Shown in pieces: positions 22,525-34,475 of a stretch of DNA of 64,000 nt (position 1 is the stretch's first letter; each line of letters begins with the position of its first letter). A program made the position numbers and the translations under genes. Origin of the DNA: Octopus sinensis (lineage: Eukaryota). The stretch covers positions 129,704,001 through 129,768,000 of the forward strand of contig NC_042998.1 in assembly GCF_006345805.1 (NCBI RefSeq). The letters are read 5' to 3'. The notes under the pieces are model-generated. The model was not told the origin of the DNA, did not search any database, and saw nothing but the letters and a program-made list of their open reading frames with translations.

Positions 22525-22818
22525 ATATACATATATACACATACGTATGTGTGTGTGTGTGTTTATAACCTTAAATATATTTCAGATATAGAAATATTAA
22601 TTTAGGCTTCTAGGTACAGAGTAATGGTTAGTTAAGCACAAATGCTTCTAATTTAATTAAGGAGCTACGTACACAAATAAATGAAATTAAACAGAAACAG
22701 CAAACATTTCAAAAGCTTTGTGTATATTCAATTACTATATAATAAACAAGTATGACATCTGAGAATGATGGAAGAATTTCCTGGATTTAAATGGTGATTT
22801 GATTCCATGTAGGGTATG

Positions 22819-23130
22819 TATCATCATCATCATCGTTTAATGTCCGTTTTACATGCTATCATGGGTTGGACGCTTCGACTGGGGTCTGGGAAGCCAGGAG
22901 GCTGCAACAGACTCCAGTCTGATCTGGTAGTGTTTCTACAGCTGGAGGCTCTTCCTGACGCCAACCACTCCTCGAGTGTAGTGGATACTTTTACGTGTCA
23001 CTGGCACAGGGGCCAGAGGGGGCCTGGCAACGGCTACGATCGGTTGGTGCCTTTTACGTGCCAACGGCACGGAAACCGGTCAAGGCGGCTCTGGCATCGA
23101 TCACGTTCGGATGACACTTTTCACAACAAG
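22819..23130 (-). mobile_element. Non-autonomous retroelement with an RTE-like 3' end and (GAT)n tail
   Basis: Plus strand catcatcatcgtttaatgtccg..catgggttggacg..tttctacagctgga..cttcctgacgccaacc resembles the reverse complement of RTE-type 3' ends (pattern recognition). Confidence 0.65.
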
Positions 23131-23679
23131 TTCCATTTGATTTTCATTTTGATGCTGATGTATATATATATACACAAAATCATTCTGGAAGTTCCTATGC
23201 CTTTCAAATGTTATAACGCCTAGGATTTTAATCTACCGTCATAAATATAAAGTTACAGGTATAAATTGGCGTACTGAACTAATAAGTTTGAGATATCTTT
23301 GCCGTTGAATAATTAAAAAAAAAATACCGCTTTCAAATTCAAGAGGTTGAAGGTTCTCGCAACCACATACTCAATTATATGTATTATAAATTAGAAGAAG
23401 TTGGTTTTTTTTAAATGCAATAATTTGTACCCCAAAATATTTGTAATATAAATATAGATCGTATTATAAGAGTAAGGCTCTTATAATACGGGATACTGAA
23501 AAAGGCAGTAAGATATTAATAAACACAATTTAGTAGAATATAAGAGAATGATCAGAATTTGGTATTCTATATGTCTTGTGTTTTATGACTCCAGAGTATT
23601 CTGAAAATAGTTGGAAACAGAATATTAAGAAATGAAATATCACCGGTGCCTGGCTTGCGACATATGTATGTATGTATGT

Positions 23680-23799
<120 letters not shown>

Positions 23800-23849
23800 C
23801 TTTAAATTGTTTCAGCTTTAAACCTGCAGTCATGCACTGTTGGCTGTGC

Positions 23850-24325
23850 TAAACCATTATTTGAAACCTCCTCTGTCATTTGGTGAATGGTGAATGAGGG
23901 AGTTTGATGTTGCTGCTCTCATCTGTGTGTCCTCTCTCATCTGGAACCTTTGAAAGGAGGAGATCCAGTTTTATTATTGAAGATACCTACATCCACTTTA
24001 TGCAGGTCTCTCTGACATTTTTGAAGGAAACTGAAGAGCTGTGGGCTCTTGAAACCCAAAATGCTGCAGTATCTGGTCCTGTATAGTGATGCTGATGCTG
24101 GGCTCTTGGGCACCTTGCAGGAGCACTCCGTTTTGTTGTTTGTGTAACTTTCAATGTCAAAGTTTGGTACAAGGCCTTTCAGGATTTTCCAAATGTGTCT
24201 CACTGCATATCTTTTCCGCCTTCATTCTAGGGAGAAGAGATTTAACTCTTTCAGTCTTTCCCAGTAACTGATAAGTTTCATTGAAACGATTCTCTTTGTG
24301 TAGCTTCGTTGGATTGCTTCGAGTC
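23850..24325 (-). mobile_element. CR1/L2-like LINE 3' end, same type as 16120-16545
   Basis: EAIQRSYTKRIVSMKLISYWERLKELNLFSLE*RRKRYAVRHIWKILKGLVPNF..GFKSPQLF..RAATSNSL. Confidence 0.85.
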
Positions 24326-24794
24326 TCTAAAATGTTTTCTTACCCTGATATTATTAATTATTGATAATTTTTTGGAAATTTTCGAAGTAACGCTGGCATT
24401 ATTTTATTTGCTGCCGACAAACAACTGCGCTTGCGCGGTGGATTTGAAAATTTATGATATATAAGCCCGAGATACATGCTGGGTTGCGTACCTGTTGATG
24501 AAGACTCCGCCTAGCAAATAATTTTATTTGCTAATATAGTCAGAAACCATGGTCCAGGTGATAGATGATAAATGTTTTTATTTTTCATTCACTTCAACAT
24601 TTATCCCTAATAGTGGTTTGCATTTTGGCTTTTTCGTCTAGCGTGCAAGGTATCCTATAATGGTTACCTCTTTTGTGTTTAAATGTACACTGTATTTATA
24701 TGAATAATATATAATCCATTGACTAATTCTTCTACAAGCTAGGCCACTGGTAGTAAAAAGTTTCTAAAATTTTTTTCTTACCCTGATATTATTA
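24326..24794 (+). repeat. About 440-bp unit bounded by 31-bp direct repeats, containing a hammerhead-like motif
   Basis: tctaaaat(g/tt)ttttcttaccctgatattatta at 24326-24356 and 24763-24794; motif at 24490-24559. Confidence 0.6.
24490..24559 (+). ncRNA. Type I hammerhead-ribozyme-like motif with two core deviations
   Basis: acctg/caggt helix I; TTGATGA; extra A; gact/agtc helix II; (a)GAAAC; catg; GTC cleavage triplet. Confidence 0.55.
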
Positions 24795-25095
24795 TTTATA
24801 TATATATATATATATATTAATGTGCGTTTGTGTGTATGAATGTGCGTCTAACTGAGGGTACATATAAATATCTTTCCTTTAATTTTAAAGTTGAAAGTGG
24901 CTCCATCAGTGCTGAGCAACTGTTATATTTGAAATGAAACCGAATTGTTCTAACACTCTATTTAAGATTTACAGTATTAAAACAATCAAGTAAAGCGAAT
25001 CGCCCCGTAACGTAAACGAGAACGGTAGATATCGATATTTCGAGAAGACTCGAGTCTCCCTCGACACGAATTCAAATCGCTGGTCTGAGGTATAT

Positions 25096-25208
25096 GCAAA
25101 TAGCGTAAAGTCTATCTGCCGATGTGTAGCGAAGCTGCACTGGTAAAACAATATTAAATTCTGGTGCAGCGCCGTTGCACATCAGCAGATAGATTTTACG
25201 CTATTTGC
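25096..25208 (+). other. 48-bp imperfect hairpin (40 Watson-Crick, 5 G.U, 3 mismatches; 17-nt loop)
   Basis: Arms 25096-25143 and 25161-25208 paired base by base. Confidence 0.9.
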
Positions 25209-25316
25209 TTACACTTTTATTTAAAACTTAATTGCTATAAACTTTGCAGCCAAAACGAGGTGTATATATATATATACATACATACATAAATATGTGCGTG
25301 TATATATATATATATA

Positions 25317-25355
<39 letters not shown>

Positions 25356-26270
25356 TGTGTATGTCTTTGTCTGTCTGTCTGTCTGTCTCTATAGCTCTAT
25401 ATATATACATACATATATATATATGTATATTTACGTATATATGTGTGTTTGCATAGAAACGCACAAACATGCACACGCAAACACACACACACATGAACAC
25501 AGACATATACTATATATCCATCCATCGAGGAAATAACTGTAGAAATAGGGACCTGATATAGCGTTCATGAAAGAGAGTTTTTCTCGTTCGGTTCATGTTT
25601 CGAAACTCAGACTCGGATTTTTGTTTTTAAAAAACCATGCTATTTTAGATATGTGAGATATATATGTGTGTGCAACACGTATAATGAAGCTGAATCTAAG
25701 ATTTCCAACCAAAGGATTTTCTTAAACCATTATTCTGTTCATTATGTTATACCATGCCGTTACAAACCATTTAAAAAAAAAATCTAAAGTATAACCTACA
25801 ACCTGCCTACTCAGAAACATATAAATGCACAGTAATATAGGCCTCATAGAAAAAAGCACAAAAACAAAACAAAGATACACAAAGATATTTAGCTTTGAGC
25901 AAACATCTATTGAAGTCTTTTTGTTTATGTAAAATTACATAAAATAAATAGCTTCAAAGAGTGGAAAAAATATTTTATGGCTGTAGGTAATCGTCTGTTA
26001 AATGCTTTTCTCTGCTATAATTTCTTTAAAACCAAAAACATTCAAAAGTAGTATAGGACACTCAAAACTTTAGGCACAAACGTATCTTTGAAAATCTGAT
26101 CTATCGCTAACGATGTTGCAGTAAACTGGATACACAATTGTACTTTTAGTTTTGTATGCATCCACCACATAAAAATACATACAACATGCGTTCGCATCCA
26201 TAATATAAGCGGATATTTTACAAATACGCTATATATATATATACGGTTTGTGTGTGTCTCTTTATATATA

Positions 26271-26315
<45 letters not shown>

Positions 26316-26318
26316 GTG

Positions 26319-26351
<33 letters not shown>

Positions 26352-26594
26352 ATATATATATATATATTATATATATATATATAATATATATGTATGTATA
26401 TATTTACACATTAGACATCATAATGAAAAATGAAGAATTAAACACCCGTCCTTCATTATATCGTGATTATATACTCAAAATTTACCTTTCGAATGAACTA
26501 CTGTTTAATTGTTTATCTTAAACAATTTTAAGTGATCGATGTCCTTAGCCAGGTCTGGTACCTGTGCAAATTTCAAGTCCCTATTCTTTATATA

Positions 26595-26770
26595 TATATT
26601 ATACATAATAAAACGGAAGATGTGTGTGTGTGCGTGTACGCGTGTGTGCGCGTTTGTGAGCGTGCGTGTGCGTGCGCGCGTGTGTGCAGACCTTTGTCTT
26701 GATTTCCCTTAAAATCAATATTTTTCATCCGATTTCGTTCACGCAGGGAACATACATCACTTATGTTCCA
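26595..26770 (+). mobile_element. Possible 5' end of a non-autonomous Helitron-like element
   Basis: tatacataataaaacggaagat(gt)n..catccgattt resembles the 5' end of 31186-31740; no 3' end found. Confidence 0.35.
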
Positions 26771-27049
26771 GAGATGCTCATAAACTCTTCACATTTTCCA
26801 CATAACGTGTAATGCTGCCCCTAGGGGAGGAAAACACCTCATAGCTAAATAACAAATACCAACAGTCGTTGCTTCAAGGGACATTACAAGTTATGATACT
26901 TTCACTTCTTTTTCTACTACAGTTTTTACAATGTCCATTCACTGCAAACCACCGATATTTGCTCATTAGCATTTCCTTGAGGTAGCCATGCAATTTAAAT
27001 CAACTAGGCATTCATCTTGTATAACCCCATCCCGTTCCCTCTCTGAGAA

Positions 27050-28110
27050 TATCCGTTCTCCCCAAGCTGGAGAGGACGTGTCAGGTGAGACACCTTGGGT
27101 GAGAGCTAGAAAGGAGCCAAGTTGAGTGTTGGGAGTGAGGAAAAAATCTATGGAGAAGAAGGTCTCGAATGCTATGGGCGCGTGTGAAAGGTGGAGGGAT
27201 GGAATACGGAAGATGGGAATGTGGAGGGAGGGGTCAGACAATAGTCGGCGGAAAGCGCGTAGAATGGTGCGTTACGAGGGATAAGGTGGAGGTGTGGTAG
27301 GGACGAGGAGCGGTCGTCACTACAGAGCCGGCGGAGGCGGGAAGACTAAGTGGAAGGAATGGACAGATTGGTGTCGGAAGATGGGAGGAGGAGAAGGGCG
27401 ATGAATCTGTGAATCTATAGTGGCTGCAGGTGGTAAGAGAGAAGTAGGAATGGTAAACGAAACATCGAGAAAGTTAGCGCAGGTGTTGGAGACAGATCTG
27501 GAGAGTTCAAGGGCAGGATCAAAGGGCTGTGAGAAACAGAGGAAGTCCAGATGTTTGAGGAAAAGTGAGGTCGCACTGGAACAGTAACAACCGTATAACA
27601 TAGCTTAGGAGTAAGATCGATGGAGTGAGAGAATATTCCGACGAACAGGTTCGCATAGTTCTCGTTTCGATAGCTATTCCTGAAATTTAGTGGTAAAATT
27701 TGCCTGCGAATCAAAAGCAAGTTCAGGCAAAAGAACGAGAGTAGAGGTGTCAGATTGGTGATCAGCACAAAGGTCGAGTAAGTATGTTAATGCGAGGAGA
27801 CTTTCGTTGCGAGGGAAAACGTGTATATGTTTTGATGTCAAATGTGAACAGGAGTCTGGAGGGGCCGGGAAGAAACGAAGAAGAATTCAAATGGCGAAGA
27901 GCATGGGTGGTATCATGAATATATGCGGGGAGGGAAATCACTAGCGGTGCGAGGATGAGCTCAAAGTATTTTGAAGTGAGTTCAGTGGGGGGTAACTGCA
28001 GACAAAAACGATGGGGCAGCCAGGGTTGTTGGGTTTGTGGAAGAAAATGGTTGCGTTGGGGTATGGACAATGAGATCGGAGGCTGTGTGGAGTAAAATAG
28101 AAAGATAAAT
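27050..28110 (-). mobile_element. Decayed Penelope-like element RT
   Basis: HKPNNPGCPIV, SKYFELILAPLVISLPAYIHDTTHALRHL..LLFTFDIK, NYANLFVG, LRRLCSDD-like block; frameshifted; no GIY-YIG seen. Confidence 0.82.
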
Positions 28111-28339
28111 GAGTTCGTGGATGATAGATGAGGCGATTTTATTTAGAACCTTATACAATATACGCTCACATGGTCAGCCAGTTCGATTTTACCCGACTGC
28201 ACCTCGTCTCCTCCCTACATACGTCACGGACCTTTCCCCCTCTCCTGTACAACTTTACCACCACTCTACCTGGATTACCGGTGCAACTTTCTGTCCCTTA
28301 TACTTCACAGGCTCTTACTGTAAACTGTTGATATATATA

Positions 28340-28553
28340 CAGGGTAGCCCGAAAGTAGGTATACAGTTATTCAATTATCTCTTTCGCATTCATATATTAG
28401 CAGGTTTAGATCTTAATTATGAAAAAAAAATGAAACCATTATTTTATGCTAATTTAGTTAATTGTAAGTTAGAAATTTAATTGTAATATAATGTTTTAAA
28501 AGTAATTTAAAGTGCCTACGTAATAACTGTAAACCTACTTTTGGGCCACCCTC
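28340..28553. mobile_element. Tc1/mariner-type MITE, 214 bp, TA TSD
   Basis: TA|CAGGGTAGCCCGAAAGTAGGTATACAGTTATT versus reverse complement TA|GAGGGTGGCCCAAAAGTAGGTTTACAGTTATT (30/34 including TA). Confidence 0.9.
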
Positions 28554-29145
28554 TATATACATAAGTCAATCAATATTTATTATTCAAAATTCAAAAAAGA
28601 AGTATAAATAATAGGATGCAGCTGGTGGAAACGTGGGGTCATATTCCCAGTAGGCTAAGGAGGGCTCTGGGGAAGATAGCAGGACTAATCACCCGCTATT
28701 GAATTCTTGCAGAATACGGAAGGAAAACAGGATAAGATCAAACATTGGTGGTCGCATCAGAATATGTTTGTCTGCGTGTTTGTGTGTGCGCGCGTCTGTG
28801 TGTCTGTATGTTATATATGCACCTATATGCATTGTACGTGTGTGTATGGCATATTATGTACTGTAATATTGATGTCCAAATCATTTTGTACTTACATATG
28901 TCTAATATATAGCTAATATTAATGCTAGAAAATGTGCTACCGATGTCTTCATCAAATTGACAAGGCAATCATAGGTAGATTATTGAACAAACTTCACTTG
29001 TAAGCTCAGTTAGAATACGAAAGGCAAGATGCTGCAATGTCAGAATCCTGTGAATGCTCGACTAAATGCTGCTTGCTCTATTTAGTGATTTTCTCTTTTT
29101 GAACTGAATTTCTGCTTAAACCGATTCATTTACTAGTTTACTAAT

Positions 29146-29188
<43 letters not shown>

Positions 29189-29644
29189 TTATCTATTTAT
29201 TATTGCATCAATACGGATTCGATAAATTAGGTTCAAGTGATGTACCAGAGTTGAAACAATCGATTATTCCTCCCACTAAATTTTTATGGCTTCATGCCAA
29301 AGTCAAGAACAGACACAATCATTTTTGGTTATCAATATCTTTGTATAGAAAAGAAAGATGAATAATATATACTGTAATATTAAGTTACTAGTTTCAACCA
29401 TTTAGTCGTAACCATGGTGAGGCAAATTCATACAACACATGGGCACATACAGTCACTCAAACACTCATACATACACTCACACTTATATATAAATGTCAGC
29501 TTTTTTTGTGAATATATTGGTATTGGGCGGATCTGTGTAAGTGTGAGCATGTAATTACATATCTGCTTCTCGCTTCTCTCCAATATACAATTCTAAACTT
29601 CTTTACTTCTCATTCTTTGTATTTAGAAATATATGTGTGTTGTT

Positions 29645-29694
<50 letters not shown>

Positions 29695-29695
29695 A

Positions 29696-29736
<41 letters not shown>

Positions 29737-29853
29737 TCTATATACACGTATACAAACAGTTTATGCTGGAACAAGCCTGTACAAGGCGGGAGCTCTACAA
29801 GAACTCGATGTGTAGAAACATATAAGGCCATCAACCTTCAATCATTAGGATAA

Positions 29854-29854
<1 letters not shown>

Positions 29855-29943
<89 letters not shown>

Positions 29944-30030
29944 ATATATATATATCTATTTGTCTGCCTGTCTGTCTATCTGTCTGACTGTCTGTATGTC
30001 TATGTGTCTGTCTGCCTGTCTGTCTGTATA
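29855..30030. repeat. (ATCT)n then (TGTC)n microsatellite
   Basis: Direct reading. Confidence 0.96.
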
Positions 30031-30089
30031 TGGCCAGACTCCAATACCTTTTTTCAGTATGCAACTGACTCTATCGGTCTCTTTATCGA

Positions 30090-30263
30090 ACTGCTAAGTT
30101 ACAGGTACAGAGACTGAAAGAGAAGGAACAGGATAAGAGGGCAGTCGTCAAGAAAAACAGAGGAGAGAGCGATAGACCGTGAGCATAAGAGAGGGTGACT
30201 GAGAAAGACACAAGGTGAGAAATGAAAATGTCATGAAGAAAGCAGAGAGAAGAGAAGAAAAAA

Positions 30264-30299
<36 letters not shown>

Positions 30300-30301
30300 A
30301 T

Positions 30302-30337
<36 letters not shown>

Positions 30338-30513
30338 TTGGAGAAGTGTAGTGAAAGAAAGCAGAGAGAGGAGAGACAAGGAAACGTGGATGAGAAAGAG
30401 ATAAGTAAAGGTAGTGAAGAAAGCGGAAAGAAGAGAGTGAGAGATGTGAAGGTAGTAACAAAAGCAGAGAGAGAAGAGATGTAAACGCAGTGGACAGAGT
30501 AGAGGGAGGGAGA

Positions 30514-30560
<47 letters not shown>

Positions 30561-30720
30561 GTGTAAATGTAGTGAAGAAAGCAGAGAGAGAGAGAAGAGA
30601 GAGAGAGACAGATAGAGAGACAGAGAGAGACAGAGAGAGAGAGAGATCCAGAAAGAGAGCATAAGAGAAAGAGTAAGAAAGACACAGGGAACGAAGAAAA
30701 AAGAAAAAGTAATTGGAAAT
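30090..30720. repeat. Purine-rich (GA) tract with a cryptic repeated unit
   Basis: gtagtgaagaaagcagagag-like unit recurs near 30230, 30348, 30411, 30453 and 30569. Confidence 0.85.
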
Positions 30721-31044
30721 GAGGGAGACACAGATAATTCGATATCTATGGAAATGGTGAAATATACGTAGTGACAACGAAAGGTATTTGAATCTGTATT
30801 CAGAACACACTTAGTCAACACTTTTTTGAGAGCTGGAAACATAAACACAGATTCAGACATGTTCGCACATACCGACTTATGTCTGCATGTATGAAATATT
30901 GCAGAATAATTCCTTTTTTTTACATTCCAGAAGACATTCGTCAGCATTATGAGACAGTTGCATAAAGAGCTTCTTGTTGGGTACTCAACAGGTGCCACGT
31001 AGATGGAAATACGTCTTAAACTGAGAAATATGCCTCACTACGTA

Positions 31045-31094
<50 letters not shown>

Positions 31095-31148
31095 AGTATA
31101 TCCATATGTATATATACATATACATATATACACGTGTTTATATACACA

Positions 31149-31185
<37 letters not shown>

Positions 31186-31187
<2 letters not shown>

Positions 31188-31740
31188 GATCAAAACGCCG
31201 CCGTCCAATGGACGGTGCTGAATCATACCTGCTGAATAAAAAGCAATCAGTGTTTTCTTTTCATTAAAAAATAATTAAACATGCCTTTATGTCAATAAAA
31301 TTTTTGGTTTTGTTAAACGAAGTTAAGGCACAAAAAAAAAACTTCTTGAGAAACCAAATAGTCTTTCCTTCCTTCATGCCAAGTTTGAAAAAAATATCTC
31401 TTTTGCATCTTACTTTTTTGGTCGCTTAAATATACTGCATTTTGTGGCATTATTTCAAGCCAGCCGGCTTTTTTGCGCAAACTGCACGTGCATTTTTCTC
31501 GCGTACGCGTAGTATCGGTTGCAACAGCTGATGTAGTTGCGCGTACAAATGCACGTTCCCACGACTTTATCGATCGCATTCTCACCTGGAATCGATTTTT
31601 GTCATTTTTTCAAGACCTATACATGCCCTGATACCGTCGGTATCTACATATCAAATTTGAGCGCAATCGGATGGAGGATGCCCGAAATCCTAGAAGACAC
31701 ACAGACAGACAGACAGACAGAACGGATTTTATATAATAGA
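31186..31740 (-). mobile_element. Non-autonomous Helitron-like element
   Basis: Minus strand begins A|TCTATTATATAAAATCCGTT(CTGT)n; GC-rich hairpin ccgtcc-aat-ggacgg near the far end (31200-31214); terminal CTRR not intact. Confidence 0.55.
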
Positions 31741-32643
31741 TATCCATATATGTGTGTGTATGCGCATATGTGTGCATTAAATGAATATGCACTTCGCGTG
31801 TGCCGGTATGTATGAGCTCTCCTCTATTTGTATGTATATAAGGTAAAAATGTGTTAAGCATTAAAAATGAAGGAAACGTAACATATCCTAAAGTACGAAT
31901 CACCATCAATTTGGACGATGCAGTAAAAATTGAAATTGAAACAATCTAAAAATCTGCAGTCGATCGAAGAGAGGAAAACTATTTCTATATATATTATTGA
32001 TGTTACCTTTCCAATTTGTTATCATTTCCTCTGTTTTGTGAGATACAGCTAAACTAGTATTGCATAATTTATTCAGTTACCATAGTTTCACGATTTAAGT
32101 AATTTGTTTATCTTGCTATGTGTATTATGTGAAAATTCTCTCTCTCTTCGTTCGAAGAGTCACTCACCAAATATTTATGGTATTGTCCCATTTTATCGCC
32201 CACGTTGTATGCGATGTAATATTGTGTTGAGCTATAATTATCAGTGAAATATATTCGCCCAGAAACAGTGAACAGTAAAGATGAATATGTAGACAAGGTA
32301 TTTAGGCAACTTTTGAAGAAGCGAGAGTTCAATGAAAATACTATTATTTACGGTTTGTAGTGTTCCTGGGCAACAAGAAATTTTCTGTGCATAGCGTTAG
32401 GTAAGTTACCTTTTTGATATTTCTGAGTATAAATTATAATAGACTAACCATTTTATCCCAACAGGACTGTTTATTGATGATTGATCGTATAAATAATGAA
32501 AGGAGATCTTAGTACGAGCTGGCATTGGTCGATTTAGCTGGGCAGTAAAATGAACCATTTGTATAAATACGTGCATACAGATATAACAAAAATCTCAATA
32601 GTGATGATTTATGAGCATGACTGGTGATATGAGAGGTGTTTAA

Positions 32644-32860
32644 GGAGGCGAGCTGGCAGAATCTTTAGCACGGCGGGGAAATGTTTCGTGGCTGTTCGTC
32701 AATCCTTACGTTCTGAGTTCAAATTCGCCCGATGTCGACTTTGCCTTTCATCATTTCGAGGTCGATAAAATAAGTAGAATTCGAATATTGGGGTCGATGG
32801 AATCAACTCACTCCCTCCTCTGAAACAGCTGGCCTTGTATCAATTTTTGAAAACCATTAT
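32644..32860 (+). mobile_element. SINE family B, full length
   Basis: ggcgagctggcagaat..ttctgagttcaaattc..gtcgactttgcctttcatc..gtcgataaaataagta..ggggtcgat. Confidence 0.9.
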
Positions 32861-33213
32861 AAAAATTGTTTCTGAAGGTGTATAATTAAGTAGTCTTGCT
32901 AAATATGGCACTGAGTTTCGTTTTATACTTAAATTGATCTTCAGTTTGTATAATCTTAAAACTTCCTTGTAAAGAGATGATGCATCTTCATGAGCACGGT
33001 TAGGATTTGAAAGTCTGGTATTAAAGTGTTAGAAACTTGTCATTAATTGTTTACCAAAGCGCATGTAGTAGATGCAGTTGCATGTAATCTGTTTCAAATG
33101 TTTAAGTGCTTACTCGGCCAAAATATAACACATTTCTAAATGCCCTTCCACATTTGAATAATAAAATGGCATAGTAAAGGTGCTGTGAATATTTCAAAAT
33201 GACAATCTGTTGT

Positions 33214-33517
33214 ATGTGAGGTATACTAGCCATCTCAATATGACTTACCACTAGGGGTGGGTGTTACTGTAGCTTGTAGCCCCAGGAGAACATCGTCTCC
33301 AGCTGGCTTTAGGCACAGTTTCTGTGCCCTTACGGATTGCAGTACGTGCGAATCACTTAGGTTGACGAGGGAGGGATGACCTCCCTTTGCAAATACCATA
33401 AGGGCACAGAAAGTGTGCCTAAAGCCAGCTGGAGACGATGAGCTCCTGGGGCTACAAGCTACAGTAAAACCCACCCTTAGTGGTTAGCCATATTGAGATG
33501 GCTAGTATACCTCACAT
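33214..33517. mobile_element. Foldback element: 122-bp inverted arms (114/122 identical), 60-bp spacer
   Basis: Arms 33214-33335 and 33396-33517 aligned by hand. Confidence 0.92.
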
Positions 33518-33889
33518 TTTCGTGCAGTTACTGTTTACATCTCGTTCAGAGATTTATTTTTGCTTAATCTGTTGTATGTTTTAATAATAGTGTGAAATTT
33601 AATGTAGTCAGCATTTGGACATTGATGATATTGGTTGCATTTGTCTTTGCTCTGAAAGTGTCCCTTAATTTTTGCTGCGAATCTGCATTCCTCCTAGGAG
33701 GGCTTGAAGTTTAGTGACAAAGAATATATCGGATACTAACTGGAGATAAAATCCAGAGTGGTTCGTAACGACGGCACAGTGCGTGTTTGCATTGAAAGGA
33801 TGCATAAAAACATATATAAATTTAATAACAGCTGGTTGTGAAGAGTAAGGAACATGTGACTACCTATCCAGTGAGATGTGATGTAGTTT

Positions 33890-34475
33890 GTCGTTGGATA
33901 GTTTATAATATGTAAAAGTCTACATAGTAACTTTATACATGCTGTCGTTTTTAAAAGTTGTATAAGATTAAAATGCAGTGTCTACAGAATTTCCTATTCC
34001 GGCAAAGAATTTTATGTTTATGCCGCTGAAACTCTATTTTTAATTCTGTACATTAACCCTGCAGAAAAATGTAGTCAGAAGGTGAACTCTAAAGAGTTTC
34101 ATTGAAATAGCAGAATTCTACGGAGCATGCGTATTCTGAGGTGTACATCTGTTTCAGTGATGGTATGTAAATGCATTCATATAAATAGCCCGCTTTTATT
34201 CATCCGGCAATATGTATGTTTTGAGCAGCAGAATATCCTCATTTTCATTCGTATGAAGGGAAATGATGCAATCCTACATCAGTGATATCTGTAACAGTCG
34301 TGTCCTACTTATGCTGAAGGAGACAAAAGTGTTACAAATCCTGTAGATGATTTCCAGGTCTGTTACAGAAACTGCGTATATCTGGCGTGAGACGTCGAGA
34401 ATGTATTTGGTTAGCGTTTGCGCAGGAAATTTTAGGGATGATAACAGAGTAATATCATCTGTATACATAAGCTTT
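33890..34475 (-). mobile_element. Decayed CR1/L2-like RT C-terminal fragment
   Basis: YTDDITLLSS..DLEII..SFSISRTRLLQIS (YADD-type motif) and a downstream *NSLPE (WNSLP-like) block near 34000. Confidence 0.6.

Noticed and set aside
28109-28480. 123-aa + strand ORF
   Set aside because: It runs across the MITE boundary at 28340 into AT-rich MITE interior and has no recognisable motif; its 5' part may be an inverted Penelope piece, but I could not support that.
30083-30998. 200-255 aa minus-strand Leu/Ser-rich ORFs
   Set aside because: They arise from the (GA)-rich tract, which lacks stops on the CT strand.
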